DNA from: an uncultured Candidatus Sumerlaeota bacterium
GTDB taxonomy: Bacteria > Sumerlaeota > Sumerlaeia > MWCT01 > JAUWMI01
NCBI GenBank assembly: GCA_964630455.1
Contig: CAZVVA010000002.1
Span: 1-43,072 of the forward strand
DNA length: 43,072 nt
Direction of reading: 5' to 3'
The translations under genes and the position numbers were made by a program. Each line of letters begins with the position of its first letter. Position 1 is the first letter of the stretch. This document shows, piece by piece, positions 8,315 through 18,479 of the stretch. Under the pieces are notes generated by a model. The model had not been told where the DNA came from, ran no database searches, and worked only from the letters and a program-made list of their open reading frames with translations.

Positions 8315-10006
8315 ATGGCCAGCAGATCCAATACTATCCCTTCGTGTTTGCATGTCCGCCTCTGGGAACGCATCCGCGCATGGTTCAGCGATTGTGAACA
8401 TATGTTCTTTGTCGTGCTCATCGTTGTCCATCTCATGCCCATCTGGATGTTGAAGTACTTCCCCTCACAGGATGGACCCGTTCACCTCTACAACGCGAAC
8501 GTCGTTCGCGAATATCACCATCCAGATCGCAGCGTCTACCGCGAATACTATGCCCTTAACAAGAACTTAGACCCGAATTGGCTTGGACATCTCGTTTTGG
8601 CGGGACTGATGTATGTTGTTCCGATGCTCATTGCGGAGAAGATTCTCCTGAGCGGTTACATCATCCTCCTGCCTATCTCGATTCGCTATGCGCTTCGCGC
8701 GATTCGTCCCGACACGGGATTTCTTGCTTTCCTGGCGTTCCCGTTCATCTACAACTATCTCTTTCACATGGGATTCTACTATTTCTCATACAGTCTACCG
8801 ATGTTTTTCTTCGTCGTTGGGTTCTGGCTGAAGTACCGGGATCGGTTTACCCTTCGCGAAACGATGATCTTGAGTTTCCTCTCGGTGTTGCTCTACTTCT
8901 GCCATCTCGTATCGCTGGTCATGGCGTATGTGGCAATTGCGCTTTTTGCGCTATGGCTGACGCTCCTCGACCTCGGTCAACAGATAAGTGAGCGGCAATA
9001 TAACGTACGAGCCCTTTGGAAGGCCGTTTCGACACGAGCGCTGCTGCCGTTCTACTCGTTTCTGCCAACACTTGTTCTCGTCACCGCGTTTCTCCTCCAA
9101 AAGGGAACGCAAAGCTTCGCCAAGCCGCCCGCGTGGGAACTGCGGGACCGTCTCATTAGCCTTACCTCGCTCGTCTCGTACGAGAAACAGGAAATATGGT
9201 TTTCGACGGCGTTTGCGGCCCTATTTGCTGCAGTCTTTCTGTACCTTTTCGTATTGAAGGGAGTTCGTTGGCATGTAAATCATTGGGATGGGTTTATCCT
9301 CATATTTGCTGCGTATATCATCTTGTATTTTACCGCCCCTAAACATATGTCCGGAGGTAGTTTCATCAGCCATCGGATGAACTTATATCCATTCTTTGCC
9401 TTGATTCTCTGGTTCGGCGCTCAGTCGTATCATAGGATTGTGAAGTTGAAAATCGGAGTCGTTGCGGCGGTAATCGCCCTGGTTCTACTTGGACTCCACA
9501 CAACCAAATACGTGCAGATCAATGACTACTTGGAAGAATATTTCTCGGGAACACATCTTATCGAAACGAATACAACACTTCTGCCACTTTGCTTCTCACA
9601 TCAACTACACCCACCTCACGAACCGGTTCTCTTGTATGAGGTTAGCCCTTTTCTGCATGCCTCCGCTTATACAACTGCGCAAAGACACGCCGTGAACCTC
9701 TCGAACTATGAAGCCGCGACGGGCTACTTCCCGATTATCTTCCGTCCCAACCTCGATCCGTTCAAGCACATCGGCATTGGGGAGGAACTGGCATTACAGC
9801 TGCCGCGGGTAGACTTCCTCACCTATCCCCAACGGACAGGAGGACGTGTGGACTACGTGCTTGTTTGGTGCATGCATGAGCCAGAAAGCGACAATGAAGA
9901 TGCAAAATCCATCTTTAGACAACTCAAGGAGGGTTATGAGCTCATCTATACCTCGCCGCGACGGGGATTCATGCAATTATATCGTCGAAAAGACTGGCAA
10001 AAATAA
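8315..10006 (+). CDS. Polytopic membrane protein (~11 TM helices + ~150-aa soluble C-terminal domain); possible GT-C-type glycosyltransferase or polymerase
   Basis: It is a long uninterrupted ORF with many hydrophobic helices through aa ~400, then a hydrophilic C-terminus. No diagnostic motif was recognised, so the function is inferred only from topology and EPS context. Confidence 0.55.
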   Translation: MASRSNTIPSCLHVRLWERIRAWFSDCEHMFFVVLIVVHLMPIWMLKYFPSQDGPVHLYNANVVREYHHPDRSVYREYYALNKNLDPNWLGHLVLAGLMYVVPMLIAEKILLSGYIILLPISIRYALRAIRPDTGFLAFLAFPFIYNYLFHMGFYYFSYSLPMFFFVVGFWLKYRDRFTLRETMILSFLSVLLYFCHLVSLVMAYVAIALFALWLTLLDLGQQISERQYNVRALWKAVSTRALLPFYSFLPTLVLVTAFLLQKGTQSFAKPPAWELRDRLISLTSLVSYEKQEIWFSTAFAALFAAVFLYLFVLKGVRWHVNHWDGFILIFAAYIILYFTAPKHMSGGSFISHRMNLYPFFALILWFGAQSYHRIVKLKIGVVAAVIALVLLGLHTTKYVQINDYLEEYFSGTHLIETNTTLLPLCFSHQLHPPHEPVLLYEVSPFLHASAYTTAQRHAVNLSNYEAATGYFPIIFRPNLDPFKHIGIGEELALQLPRVDFLTYPQRTGGRVDYVLVWCMHEPESDNEDAKSIFRQLKEGYELIYTSPRRGFMQLYRRKDWQK

Positions 10007-10355
10007 GGACGGGCACCTAATTGCGCTCGCTTTTGATTCCGGAGGCAGGTATAAAGTTTTGGGAGTGGCTTTTTGGATTTGTTATATATCCCTTGAAATA
10101 TAATGCATTGATCGTTGAGAAGGCGACGTGTACGTGTAAGATTGACTTCTCCGACGAGGCCGTCTCTAATATTTATCACAGCACCCGGATGCTTTAAAAT
10201 ACGCCCCTTTGCAGAGCCTGCTAAGGTCGGAGAAATACACGGCAGTTCTTCACCTCTATTTTAAATACAAGAGGTCGCAAAACAAAAAATAAGCAGCTCG
10301 TTAGCTGGAGATTTTCTTCGCAAAGCGACTTCTCGGAGTCATTTGGTATCTTTCC

Positions 10356-11879
10356 ATGAACGCTGCTCGCAAACTAGCCTTAGGATCAGCCATGCGGACA
10401 GCCAACCTTGTGGTTCAGGTTGTTGTCGGTGTGTTCTTGATGCCTTTTATCATCCATACCCTGGGTGATCGCATCTATGGCTATTGGGTATTGGTCGCTG
10501 CCTTTCTTGGATACTACGGCCTTCTTGACCTTGGAATTGTCACTGCCGTGCAGTACCGGGTTGCACGATCTATAGGAGAGCGGAATGAGAAGGAGATAAA
10601 CCGCTCAGTTTCCACTGCATTTGTCATGTTCGGATTAGTGGGTCTGCTCATTTTCGCAATTACCATAGTCGCAGCGTTCCTCTCCCCTCGCATAATTAAA
10701 GATGCGACAGAGGCAGCTCTTCTTAGCAAAGTGCTATTAATCATGGGAATAGGCTTCGCGGCTGGGTTTCCGTGTCGAGCTTTTCTTGGAGCTCTGTCTG
10801 CCGAGCTCCGTTTCGATCTTATATCTGGACTCAACATCGCGGGTACCCTGGTGAGAGCTGCTTTAATTGTCATTTTGCTAAAAGCAGGGCATGGTATAGT
10901 GGCACTGGCTCTTGTGACGATGGCACTTGAGCTTTCTAATCATCTGGCACACTACGTGCTCCTTAAATTAGTGCGACCAAGCTTTCGCCTCTCAATTAAA
11001 TCAGCAAGTCGCAAGGTGATGAAGGATTTATTTGGCTATAGTGTTTTCACGTTCATTGCAAAAATAGCCGATCAAATCAGATTTAACATGGACGCCTTCA
11101 TTATTGGTGCTTTTCTTGGTGTCGGCATGATAACGCACTACGCAATTGCCAAACGATTAACCATGTATTTTAGAAATCTAATAATCTCTCTCATGGGTGG
11201 CATTGGCCCAATGTTCAGCCAGCAATTGGGCCGCCAAGATGAAGATGCGATGCGCCGGACTTTCGTCACGGGGACAAAACTTTCCACTATTTTCTCGATG
11301 TGCGTAGGGCTGTGTCTTCTCGTATATGGAAAACCATTCATTGCTGCTTGGATGGGTGTTGATTATATTGATGCCTATGTTCCTCTTTTTCTGTTAATTA
11401 TAGGAACAACCGTTGATCTCGCCCAAGCGCCCTCTGTGGGTTTTCTCTATGGCATAGCGCGCCATAAATTTTACGCTTATTGCAATTCTGTGGAAGCAGT
11501 GCTCAATCTCTCGCTCAGTTTACTATTAGTATCTAAATACAAGATGCTGGGCATAGCCCTTGGCTATGCTATTCCAATGATTGTCATGAGGCTGTTTGTG
11601 CAGCCTTTTTATGTATGTAAATGTCTAAAAATGCCCTATAAGGACTACTACTATAGCGTCCTTGGCAAAGCCTTTGCCAAAATTGCTCTAGTGTTTGCTC
11701 TTTCATGGTGGCTATTCAGCCGCCATTTCATTGGCGTCGGAATTATTGGATTGGCACCGCCAATTGCAATAACAGTTATATTGACGCTGGGAATTTCGCT
11801 ATTTTGGGTATTGGACTCACAAGAAAAAAAATGGCTTTTTAACAGATTGGGGATCGGAAAACTCTTCAAATATGACTAA
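10356..11879 (+). CDS. wzx: Polysaccharide flippase (MOP superfamily, Wzx/PST-type)
   Basis: The protein is 507 aa with ~14 TM helices. Its N-terminus ('LGSAMRTANLVVQVVVGVFLMPFIIHTLGDRIYGYWVLV') is typical of oligosaccharide flippases. Confidence 0.75.
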   Translation: MNAARKLALGSAMRTANLVVQVVVGVFLMPFIIHTLGDRIYGYWVLVAAFLGYYGLLDLGIVTAVQYRVARSIGERNEKEINRSVSTAFVMFGLVGLLIFAITIVAAFLSPRIIKDATEAALLSKVLLIMGIGFAAGFPCRAFLGALSAELRFDLISGLNIAGTLVRAALIVILLKAGHGIVALALVTMALELSNHLAHYVLLKLVRPSFRLSIKSASRKVMKDLFGYSVFTFIAKIADQIRFNMDAFIIGAFLGVGMITHYAIAKRLTMYFRNLIISLMGGIGPMFSQQLGRQDEDAMRRTFVTGTKLSTIFSMCVGLCLLVYGKPFIAAWMGVDYIDAYVPLFLLIIGTTVDLAQAPSVGFLYGIARHKFYAYCNSVEAVLNLSLSLLLVSKYKMLGIALGYAIPMIVMRLFVQPFYVCKCLKMPYKDYYYSVLGKAFAKIALVFALSWWLFSRHFIGVGIIGLAPPIAITVILTLGISLFWVLDSQEKKWLFNRLGIGKLFKYD

Positions 11880-12047
11880 ACTGCAAGGGAAGATCAAAAC
11901 ACATATAATTTCACAGAACCTTATTGAGAGAAGACAAAGTCAATATTATTTATCTTGTGTAAAACTATAAGGCTCTAGAAGACTGATACAGTTGATAGAC
12001 ACCTTCAGAAATCAGAGAAAGTAATACAAGCCAGGGGCCCTTTAATC

Positions 12048-12998
12048 ATGGAAAAGCGAGTGAGTATCAGCGTGATAATTCCAACTTACAATCGAGCCAG
12101 GTTTGTGACAAAAGCAATAGACAGTGTTTTATCTCAGACGTATAAAAATTATGAGATTATTGTCGTTGATGATGGTTCAACAGATGACACTCGCCATGCT
12201 TTGGAGCCTTATCAGGATCGTATACGCTATATATATCAGGAAAATCGTGGTGTGGCAGCCGCTCGTAATTTAGGCATTAAATCATCGAACGGAAAATGGG
12301 TAGCTTTTCTTGACTCAGACGACACATGGTTGCCCGAAAAACTCTCGTTTCAAATGGAATGCGTAACTCAAAGCGACGCACAAGTCTGTTTTACTAATAT
12401 TATATATGAGAGCGAACCCGATGAGCACACATCCCTCGTTCCTACAGAACAGAAAGAAATGAGATATAAGTTATATGGTGAGCCTCTTGAGATGGTTTTG
12501 GATACTTCAATAAAAAACTACGTACAATCAATGTTGGTTAAGCGCAGCCTCTTTGCTCATGTAGGGTATTTCGATGAGCGGTTACAGATTGCGGACGATA
12601 CTCGGATGATTTTTAATTTAGCCTTCGAAACGGCCTTTGCGTATATAACTACACCGCTCACCATTATAAATCGCTCAGCTGAAAGAAAAGGACTGATGAG
12701 CAATCGGCTGGATTTAGTTAAAGTAAGGACAAAAGAAGGGATTACGATTCTTTCTGAAGTCTATTTTCGTTGTGAACAAAAGGGGAGGAGAATTATTCGG
12801 AGGGTTAGGAAAACATTGGGCTTTTTTCTTGCAACTATGGCGGAAATTTGTTGTTTTGAAAAGAATATGCATGACGCCAGACGGTATGCCTTCGATGGTC
12901 TGCGCTTTGGGGGTTATTTAAGAACATATTTAAGATGTCTTGTTGTGCTTTGCTTCCCATGGGCTATGCGCTGTAGACGCAAGAGTACTTGGAGGTAG
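12048..12998 (+). CDS. Family 2 glycosyltransferase
   Basis: GT2 N-terminal signature 'VSISVIIPTYNRARFVTKAIDSVLSQTYKNYEIIVVDDGSTDDT', plus 'FLDSDD' (DxD). Confidence 0.85.
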   Translation: MEKRVSISVIIPTYNRARFVTKAIDSVLSQTYKNYEIIVVDDGSTDDTRHALEPYQDRIRYIYQENRGVAAARNLGIKSSNGKWVAFLDSDDTWLPEKLSFQMECVTQSDAQVCFTNIIYESEPDEHTSLVPTEQKEMRYKLYGEPLEMVLDTSIKNYVQSMLVKRSLFAHVGYFDERLQIADDTRMIFNLAFETAFAYITTPLTIINRSAERKGLMSNRLDLVKVRTKEGITILSEVYFRCEQKGRRIIRRVRKTLGFFLATMAEICCFEKNMHDARRYAFDGLRFGGYLRTYLRCLVVLCFPWAMRCRRKSTWR

Positions 12999-13489
12999 AA
13001 AATAATCTATAGTTTTGCGCCTGCGTGGTTGTTCCATAACTTTGCAACAAAAACGAGACCGAATATTACCTTTCTATTTCTTGCCGATGTTCCGCGATGC
13101 AAAACCATAGCATTTGTATTGGATAGGGAAACTGCATGAAGAGCGAATTCGACTCCTTGGCAGACTTGGGGTTTTAAAGGAAGGCAAATCAATGCTCTGT
13201 GGCACAGTTGCTCGGCCAACCGGAAATTTAGCAGTCTATTTTCATTAATTGACATAATATATATTCTTGGTGAGCACCACCCACGTATTGCATTGAAGAT
13301 CTTTCATGTTGCTAATTTCCACGCTAATGTGATCATGCGACAAGGAGGTGTCCCGCTATTCATTGACAATCTCATGCTCTTGTTGTAGGCGGTCTATTTG
13401 TTTGTTTCAACGAGACAAAACTTGATTCAATTACCAGATTTTGTTCATTGCTGCAAAATTCCTAATCCTGTTGAAAGGAAGTGTTCGTA

Positions 13490-16400
13490 ATGAAAAATCT
13501 CGCAGGGGTTGCTTTCTTAACCTTTTTCCTCCTGTGTAGCTTTGGACAGCCAGATGCTATAGCTACAAATCCCACTGCCCAAATAGAAGTAGAGCCATCT
13601 ACTACAGTAGAAGTAGGAGAAGAAGTATTATTTGATGCAACCGGCTCTGTTGATGATAAACCCTTAGTAGAAGGTAAATTTGAATGGCAATTTGGAGACG
13701 GATATACCTTAATGGAGGGATATCCATATTATTACATTTATGATGGTGGTATTACCTGCAGTCATTTTTATATGCAGCCAGGAACATACACTGTCACTTT
13801 AACTGTAACAGATATAGATGGAAACCAAGACACAGATACTAAGACCATGACAGTTATAATGTCTCTTTATGGCCCACCAAAAACTGATAATATAGAACTG
13901 CTTCATGCTAACTTCCATGGTCACATTGCCCAGTATATCTATGCAAGGATAGCTGATACTGCAACCCAGACCGCCAAGATAAAAGTTATGATAAAAGGTG
14001 ATAGTGGCTATGAGCAAGTTATACACCAAAGCCCTGCATCGGCAGGAGAAGAGATAAAATTCTTACTTAGAAACTCACTCCTTCCAGCTGGAAACTACTA
14101 TTTAATTGTTCAGCTGCTAGATTCTTCCGATGGATTGGTTGACCAAGTTTCTGAGAAATTCTCAAAACCCTATGATGGAATACCTCATGTAGGTATAGAT
14201 GAAAACAACGCCATCTGCATAGATGGTGTACCTTTCTTTCCTGTGACACCGTTTATAGTGACTGAAGGCTATGAAATGGATCACTATGCTGCTGCAAAAT
14301 TGATTAATACTCTTTATGCTGAAGGATGGTATCCGGGACATGATTTGGATACATGGAAAGACTATCTTAATGAAGGCTCTAATCATGATTTATATGTTAT
14401 AGGACCTAATGCATATTGGATGACTGATGTTCCTGCACGTAAATTTATGAGAAATGCTGACATTAATAATCTTGTTAATTATGTTACTGAAACAAAGAAC
14501 TACCCTGCTCTTTTGATGTGGGCGTATGTTGATGAACCAAGCCTAGGAGGCTGGGGAGCATATACACCACCTCCTGTTTTAAGAAGCTGGACTTATAAAA
14601 CTCATCAGCTTGATTCACAACATCTTGTAGCTGTTAATTTTTATGGATATTCTTATCTTCCGGGTATGAGTGGAACGCACTACACTATGATGAACAAGTA
14701 TAGTTATTATGGGGATGAGAGTCTTTCTATTTTTGGTAACGCTGAGGAGTTTGGCGGGAAAAGACAGCACGTTGTTGATGTAAATGGTTTTGATATTTAT
14801 CCCGTAGAGTTTGGAGTAACCATGGAAAGATATGCAATAGCAATAGATAACTTGATAGGATGGAATTACAATTTAATTCCTGCAATGTCTTTTATTGAAA
14901 CTCAGGATATTGGACAGAGTGCGGGATCACCATATGCACCAACAGCAGAGCAGATAAGAATGGAAAACTGGCTTAATGTTGTCCATGGCATTAAAGGAAT
15001 TAACTGGTTCCCACTTTTTAAACCAAGACCTGCTGAGAATGATGGTGCAATGGCAGAGTTTGTAAGACAAATAACAGCATTAACACCAGTAGTCTTAGGT
15101 CCAGAGCCAGAAAGAGGAGTTGTTGATAATGCCAATGTCTGGGGAAATAGAATAGATACAATGTTAAGAGAAGATAGTGAAAACATCTACATCTTTGCTG
15201 TAAGAATAACAGAGGTAGACGGAAGCACAGGCGGTCCTCATCCAGATGATGTCGGAGACAGAACAGTAACATTTACAGTTGAGGGCTTAACAGACAATAC
15301 AATTGTTTATGAGCCTGCAGAATTTATGAAAATTAGTTATGAAAATCATGGAACTCCGGCTGGAGGAAGGTATTTTAACTTTAATACAAATGCGCCCATT
15401 ACCCCAGGCACTCTACTTGTTGCAGGAAAGATAAATGAAGAATATTTTGGCTGGCGTTTCTTTTTTGATAATGGAGACGGAACACTTTACGGATTAAACT
15501 CTGGCATGACAGGAACAGTAAATTATGAAACAGGCCAAGTCTATGCTGACTTTGGAACATCTAATAATATCTATGCGGGTGAAGAATATGTAAGAGCAAT
15601 GTATCAGCCTAATCTTACTGATAGAATTGTAGGAATTATAACCGGAAATACATTCACAGACACATTTGCTCCCAATGATGTACATATATACAGAATACCT
15701 AAAGAACCTGCAACTGAACCAATAATAAGCGTTACACCAGCATATGGAATTAACTTTGGTAATGTTAATGTAGGTGAGTATAAAGATGAAACCTTCACAG
15801 TTAAAAACATGGGAGTAGGTATATTAGAAGGAACTGCATCTGTAGATTCTCCATTTAGCATTATATCAGGTGGAAGCTATTCTCTCTCAGCTGGTGAATC
15901 TCAAGATGTAGTGGTAAGATTTACTCTAGCAGAAGCTGGTTCAGTATCATCTACTATAACATTCACTGGTGCAGATGGTGCAACAAGGACTCTCTCCGGA
16001 ACAGGCGTTATAGTTGACACAGAAGCACCAACAGTACCAACAAACCTTGCAGCCACAGTAATATCAACTAGCCAAATAAACGTCTCCTGGAATGCATCCA
16101 CTGATAATGTACGGGTTTTAGGTTATAAGATATACAGAGATGGAGTTATGGTGGCAACATCTGCTACTATTAGCCACTCTGATACAGGTCTTAGTCCTTC
16201 TACTACATACACATACAGAGTATCTGCATATGATGCTGCTGGAAATGAATCTGATAAATCAACCCCTGTCTCTGCTACTACATTAGCTGATACAACCCCA
16301 CCGTCTATTGTATCAGTAACTGCACAAGAGACATCTGTTAATATTGTCTTTAGTGAGCCCATAAATAAATCGTCAGCAGAACGTAAAGAAAATTATAATA

Positions 16401-18223
16401 TCAATGATGGTATAATATCAATAATCCAGGCTTCTCTTTCAGTTGATCTTGTAACTGTCACATTAACAACTTCTTCTCATACAGATGAGCTAACCTATAC
16501 CTTAACAGTAGAAGATGTAAAAGATACCGCTTTGAATCCAATCCAGCCAACCCAGATAGATTATGTATATAGAGCTGATGTAACTGATGGTTTAATTGCT
16601 CACTGGAAACTTGATGAAGGAACTGGCACAATTGCACAAGACTCTTCAGGTAATGGTCATGATGGAACTTTAATTAATGGCCCAGTATGGACGACAGAGG
16701 GAAGAATTAATTATGCTTTAGATTTTGACGGAAGTAATGATAAGGTTACAGTTCCTCACCATGATGATTTAGACCCTGAATCAATAACAGTTGCTGCATG
16801 GGTTTGTTTGGAGCAATCAAAAACATGGAGTGCTGTATTAACTAAGGATGAACAAGTTTCTTATTGGCTTGGAGTAGGAGGCACAACACCTATTTTTCTA
16901 TTAAGTCCTGATGGTTCAAGTGGGAGGCATATTATATTTTGGGCAGATTCTGGTATGACTTTAAATACCTGGCATCATATAGCAGCTACTTATGACGGGA
17001 ATTATGTACAATTGTATATTGATGGCTCATCAAGCGGAAGCCCTCAAGGTTATAATGGGGGAATTTACCAAGGCACTTCACAAGTTTTAATTGGTGATAG
17101 TATTACATGGCAGACTTTTAGCAATGCATTTAATGGCATCATTGACGATGTTCGTATCTATAACAGAGCTTTGAGTCAGGAAGAGATTCAATCTATCTAT
17201 TATGCAGCTCCCATTCCGCAGTACACCTTTGATTCAAGTCTTGAAGGCTGGCGTTTCGTGACAAACGTTGGCTACGGTCCAGTTACCTCCGGATATAGTG
17301 GTGGCCGAATTAGTATCAGTTCAGCGAGTGATACGACAAACCGCGTGGGATTCTGGAGCGGGCCGCTGGACATTCCTTGCTTGGCGGGTAATGTGTATCG
17401 GGCCAAGTTCCTGGTCTCCTCCAGTGAAGCCACGGCGTCTGCGAATCCGCAGTTCCGCATGCGATGGTTCCAGGATCAAGCTCTGGAGTCCGCATCGCAC
17501 GTTGTGAACGCATCAGCCCCGCACAGCAACTCCTTGCCAACTGATCCAGCACAGCGAGAATACCCCAGCTACTTTGCGCCGATCTTCGCATACAAGCTTG
17601 GTGTTGCATTTGATATGCTTGACTTCGACGTCTCTCAGTATGGCACGCACTATGTGGATCAGGTTACAGTGGACCGGTTTCCACGCCCGGGATCCAGCAC
17701 AGCAGTCAAGGCGTATACCGATTCTACTGACTTTGCCAACTGGTCATTCTTGTCAGGCATTGGCGGCTACGGTCCAGTTACGTCCGGCGGTGCTGGCACT
17801 GGCACGCTGTCCATTACGTCCAGCCTGGCGAACTTTGGCAATTCGGGATTCTGGCAGTCGAGCGCGACGGCAAATGAGCTGACGTATGTGGCGGATAAGC
17901 TCTACCGGGCGACATACACTCTGAGCGCGACTGACGCGGATCGAAACGACTTGGCACAGGTGAGACTGCGTTGCCAGAGTGAAGACGGCCAGATGACGGC
18001 GGCGATGGAGCTGAACAGCCAAGGCCTAGGTGGCCCAGGCGCAATGCCAGCACTTGCTGGTACTGACTACGAGGTCTACTGGGAGACCCCAACTCTGCCC
18101 GGCTCACCAACGGCGTCACAGGATGGGTTCGTCGTGACGATTGATATGCTTGACTTCGACACGGCGAAGGGCGGTACCATCTACATGGACGGTGTTGCGA
18201 TTGATTATCTTACGATTCCTTAG
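13490..18223 (+). CDS. Giant secreted multidomain protein: signal peptide, PKD, clan GH-A-like glycanase region, Ig-like, FN3, Big-like, LamG, and two tandem uncharacterised C-terminal modules
   Basis: ATG 13490 follows AAAGGAAG, and the signal peptide is 'MKNLAGVAFLTFFLLCSFGQPDAIA'. The PKD domain reads 'FDATGS...FGDG...GTYTVTLTVTDIDGN'. TIM-barrel-like motifs are 'LLMWAYVDEPS' and 'SFIETQD'. The FN3 domain reads 'PTNLAATVISTSQINVSWNASTDNVRVLGYKIYRDG...YTYRVSAYDAAGNES'. The LamG domain reads 'ALDFDGSNDKVTVP...NTWHHIAATYDGNYVQLYIDG...DDVRIYNRALS'. Confidence 0.8.
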   Translation: MKNLAGVAFLTFFLLCSFGQPDAIATNPTAQIEVEPSTTVEVGEEVLFDATGSVDDKPLVEGKFEWQFGDGYTLMEGYPYYYIYDGGITCSHFYMQPGTYTVTLTVTDIDGNQDTDTKTMTVIMSLYGPPKTDNIELLHANFHGHIAQYIYARIADTATQTAKIKVMIKGDSGYEQVIHQSPASAGEEIKFLLRNSLLPAGNYYLIVQLLDSSDGLVDQVSEKFSKPYDGIPHVGIDENNAICIDGVPFFPVTPFIVTEGYEMDHYAAAKLINTLYAEGWYPGHDLDTWKDYLNEGSNHDLYVIGPNAYWMTDVPARKFMRNADINNLVNYVTETKNYPALLMWAYVDEPSLGGWGAYTPPPVLRSWTYKTHQLDSQHLVAVNFYGYSYLPGMSGTHYTMMNKYSYYGDESLSIFGNAEEFGGKRQHVVDVNGFDIYPVEFGVTMERYAIAIDNLIGWNYNLIPAMSFIETQDIGQSAGSPYAPTAEQIRMENWLNVVHGIKGINWFPLFKPRPAENDGAMAEFVRQITALTPVVLGPEPERGVVDNANVWGNRIDTMLREDSENIYIFAVRITEVDGSTGGPHPDDVGDRTVTFTVEGLTDNTIVYEPAEFMKISYENHGTPAGGRYFNFNTNAPITPGTLLVAGKINEEYFGWRFFFDNGDGTLYGLNSGMTGTVNYETGQVYADFGTSNNIYAGEEYVRAMYQPNLTDRIVGIITGNTFTDTFAPNDVHIYRIPKEPATEPIISVTPAYGINFGNVNVGEYKDETFTVKNMGVGILEGTASVDSPFSIISGGSYSLSAGESQDVVVRFTLAEAGSVSSTITFTGADGATRTLSGTGVIVDTEAPTVPTNLAATVISTSQINVSWNASTDNVRVLGYKIYRDGVMVATSATISHSDTGLSPSTTYTYRVSAYDAAGNESDKSTPVSATTLADTTPPSIVSVTAQETSVNIVFSEPINKSSAERKENYNINDGIISIIQASLSVDLVTVTLTTSSHTDELTYTLTVEDVKDTALNPIQPTQIDYVYRADVTDGLIAHWKLDEGTGTIAQDSSGNGHDGTLINGPVWTTEGRINYALDFDGSNDKVTVPHHDDLDPESITVAAWVCLEQSKTWSAVLTKDEQVSYWLGVGGTTPIFLLSPDGSSGRHIIFWADSGMTLNTWHHIAATYDGNYVQLYIDGSSSGSPQGYNGGIYQGTSQVLIGDSITWQTFSNAFNGIIDDVRIYNRALSQEEIQSIYYAAPIPQYTFDSSLEGWRFVTNVGYGPVTSGYSGGRISISSASDTTNRVGFWSGPLDIPCLAGNVYRAKFLVSSSEATASANPQFRMRWFQDQALESASHVVNASAPHSNSLPTDPAQREYPSYFAPIFAYKLGVAFDMLDFDVSQYGTHYVDQVTVDRFPRPGSSTAVKAYTDSTDFANWSFLSGIGGYGPVTSGGAGTGTLSITSSLANFGNSGFWQSSATANELTYVADKLYRATYTLSATDADRNDLAQVRLRCQSEDGQMTAAMELNSQGLGGPGAMPALAGTDYEVYWETPTLPGSPTASQDGFVVTIDMLDFDTAKGGTIYMDGVAIDYLTIP

Positions 18224-18274
18224 TATTAGAGATATACTTGGATCAAGCAAAGGGCAGGATATGAAGCAAAGAGG

Positions 18275-18312
18275 GGTAAAAGAACCACTTTACGTCTCTT
18301 ACCTGTTTTTTC
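18275..18312 (+). terminator. Possible Rho-independent terminator of the giant gene
   Basis: The stem GGTAAAAGA (18275-18283) / TCTCTTACC (18295-18303) pairs at 8 of 9 positions with an 11-nt loop, followed by a T6 run at 18306-18311. It lies in the convergent gap between the + and - gene sets. Confidence 0.4.
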
Positions 18313-18479
18313 ATTTTCGGCGCAAAGGAAAAATTCTCAGTAACTGCTAGTGCTGCACGGGTAGAATATGAGCTACCATAAACTAACTTTGTGGCAATTT
18401 GAAAATGCAAGTGCCAATATAAATGCTTTCAAATTATGAAAGGCCAAAGGCCATCCCGCCAAATTATCTAGCAGTATGT

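Noticed and set aside
13007-13255. An 82-aa minus-strand ORF in the gap between the GT2 and the giant gene, considered as a possible IS/transposase remnant.
   Set aside because: It has no recognisable transposase motif, no RBS and no flanking inverted repeats, so it cannot be supported as a gene.
17268-18119. A cluster of overlapping 60-100-aa ORFs on both strands inside the 3' end of the giant gene.
   Set aside because: They result from the local ~60% GC, which depletes stop codons. The + frame of the giant gene carries the recognisable duplicated domain.
17222-18220. The idea that the two C-terminal modules are a DGR variable/template repeat pair.
   Set aside because: No reverse transcriptase is present in the window. 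The modules are diverged throughout rather than differing only at adenine positions, and both lie inside the coding sequence.
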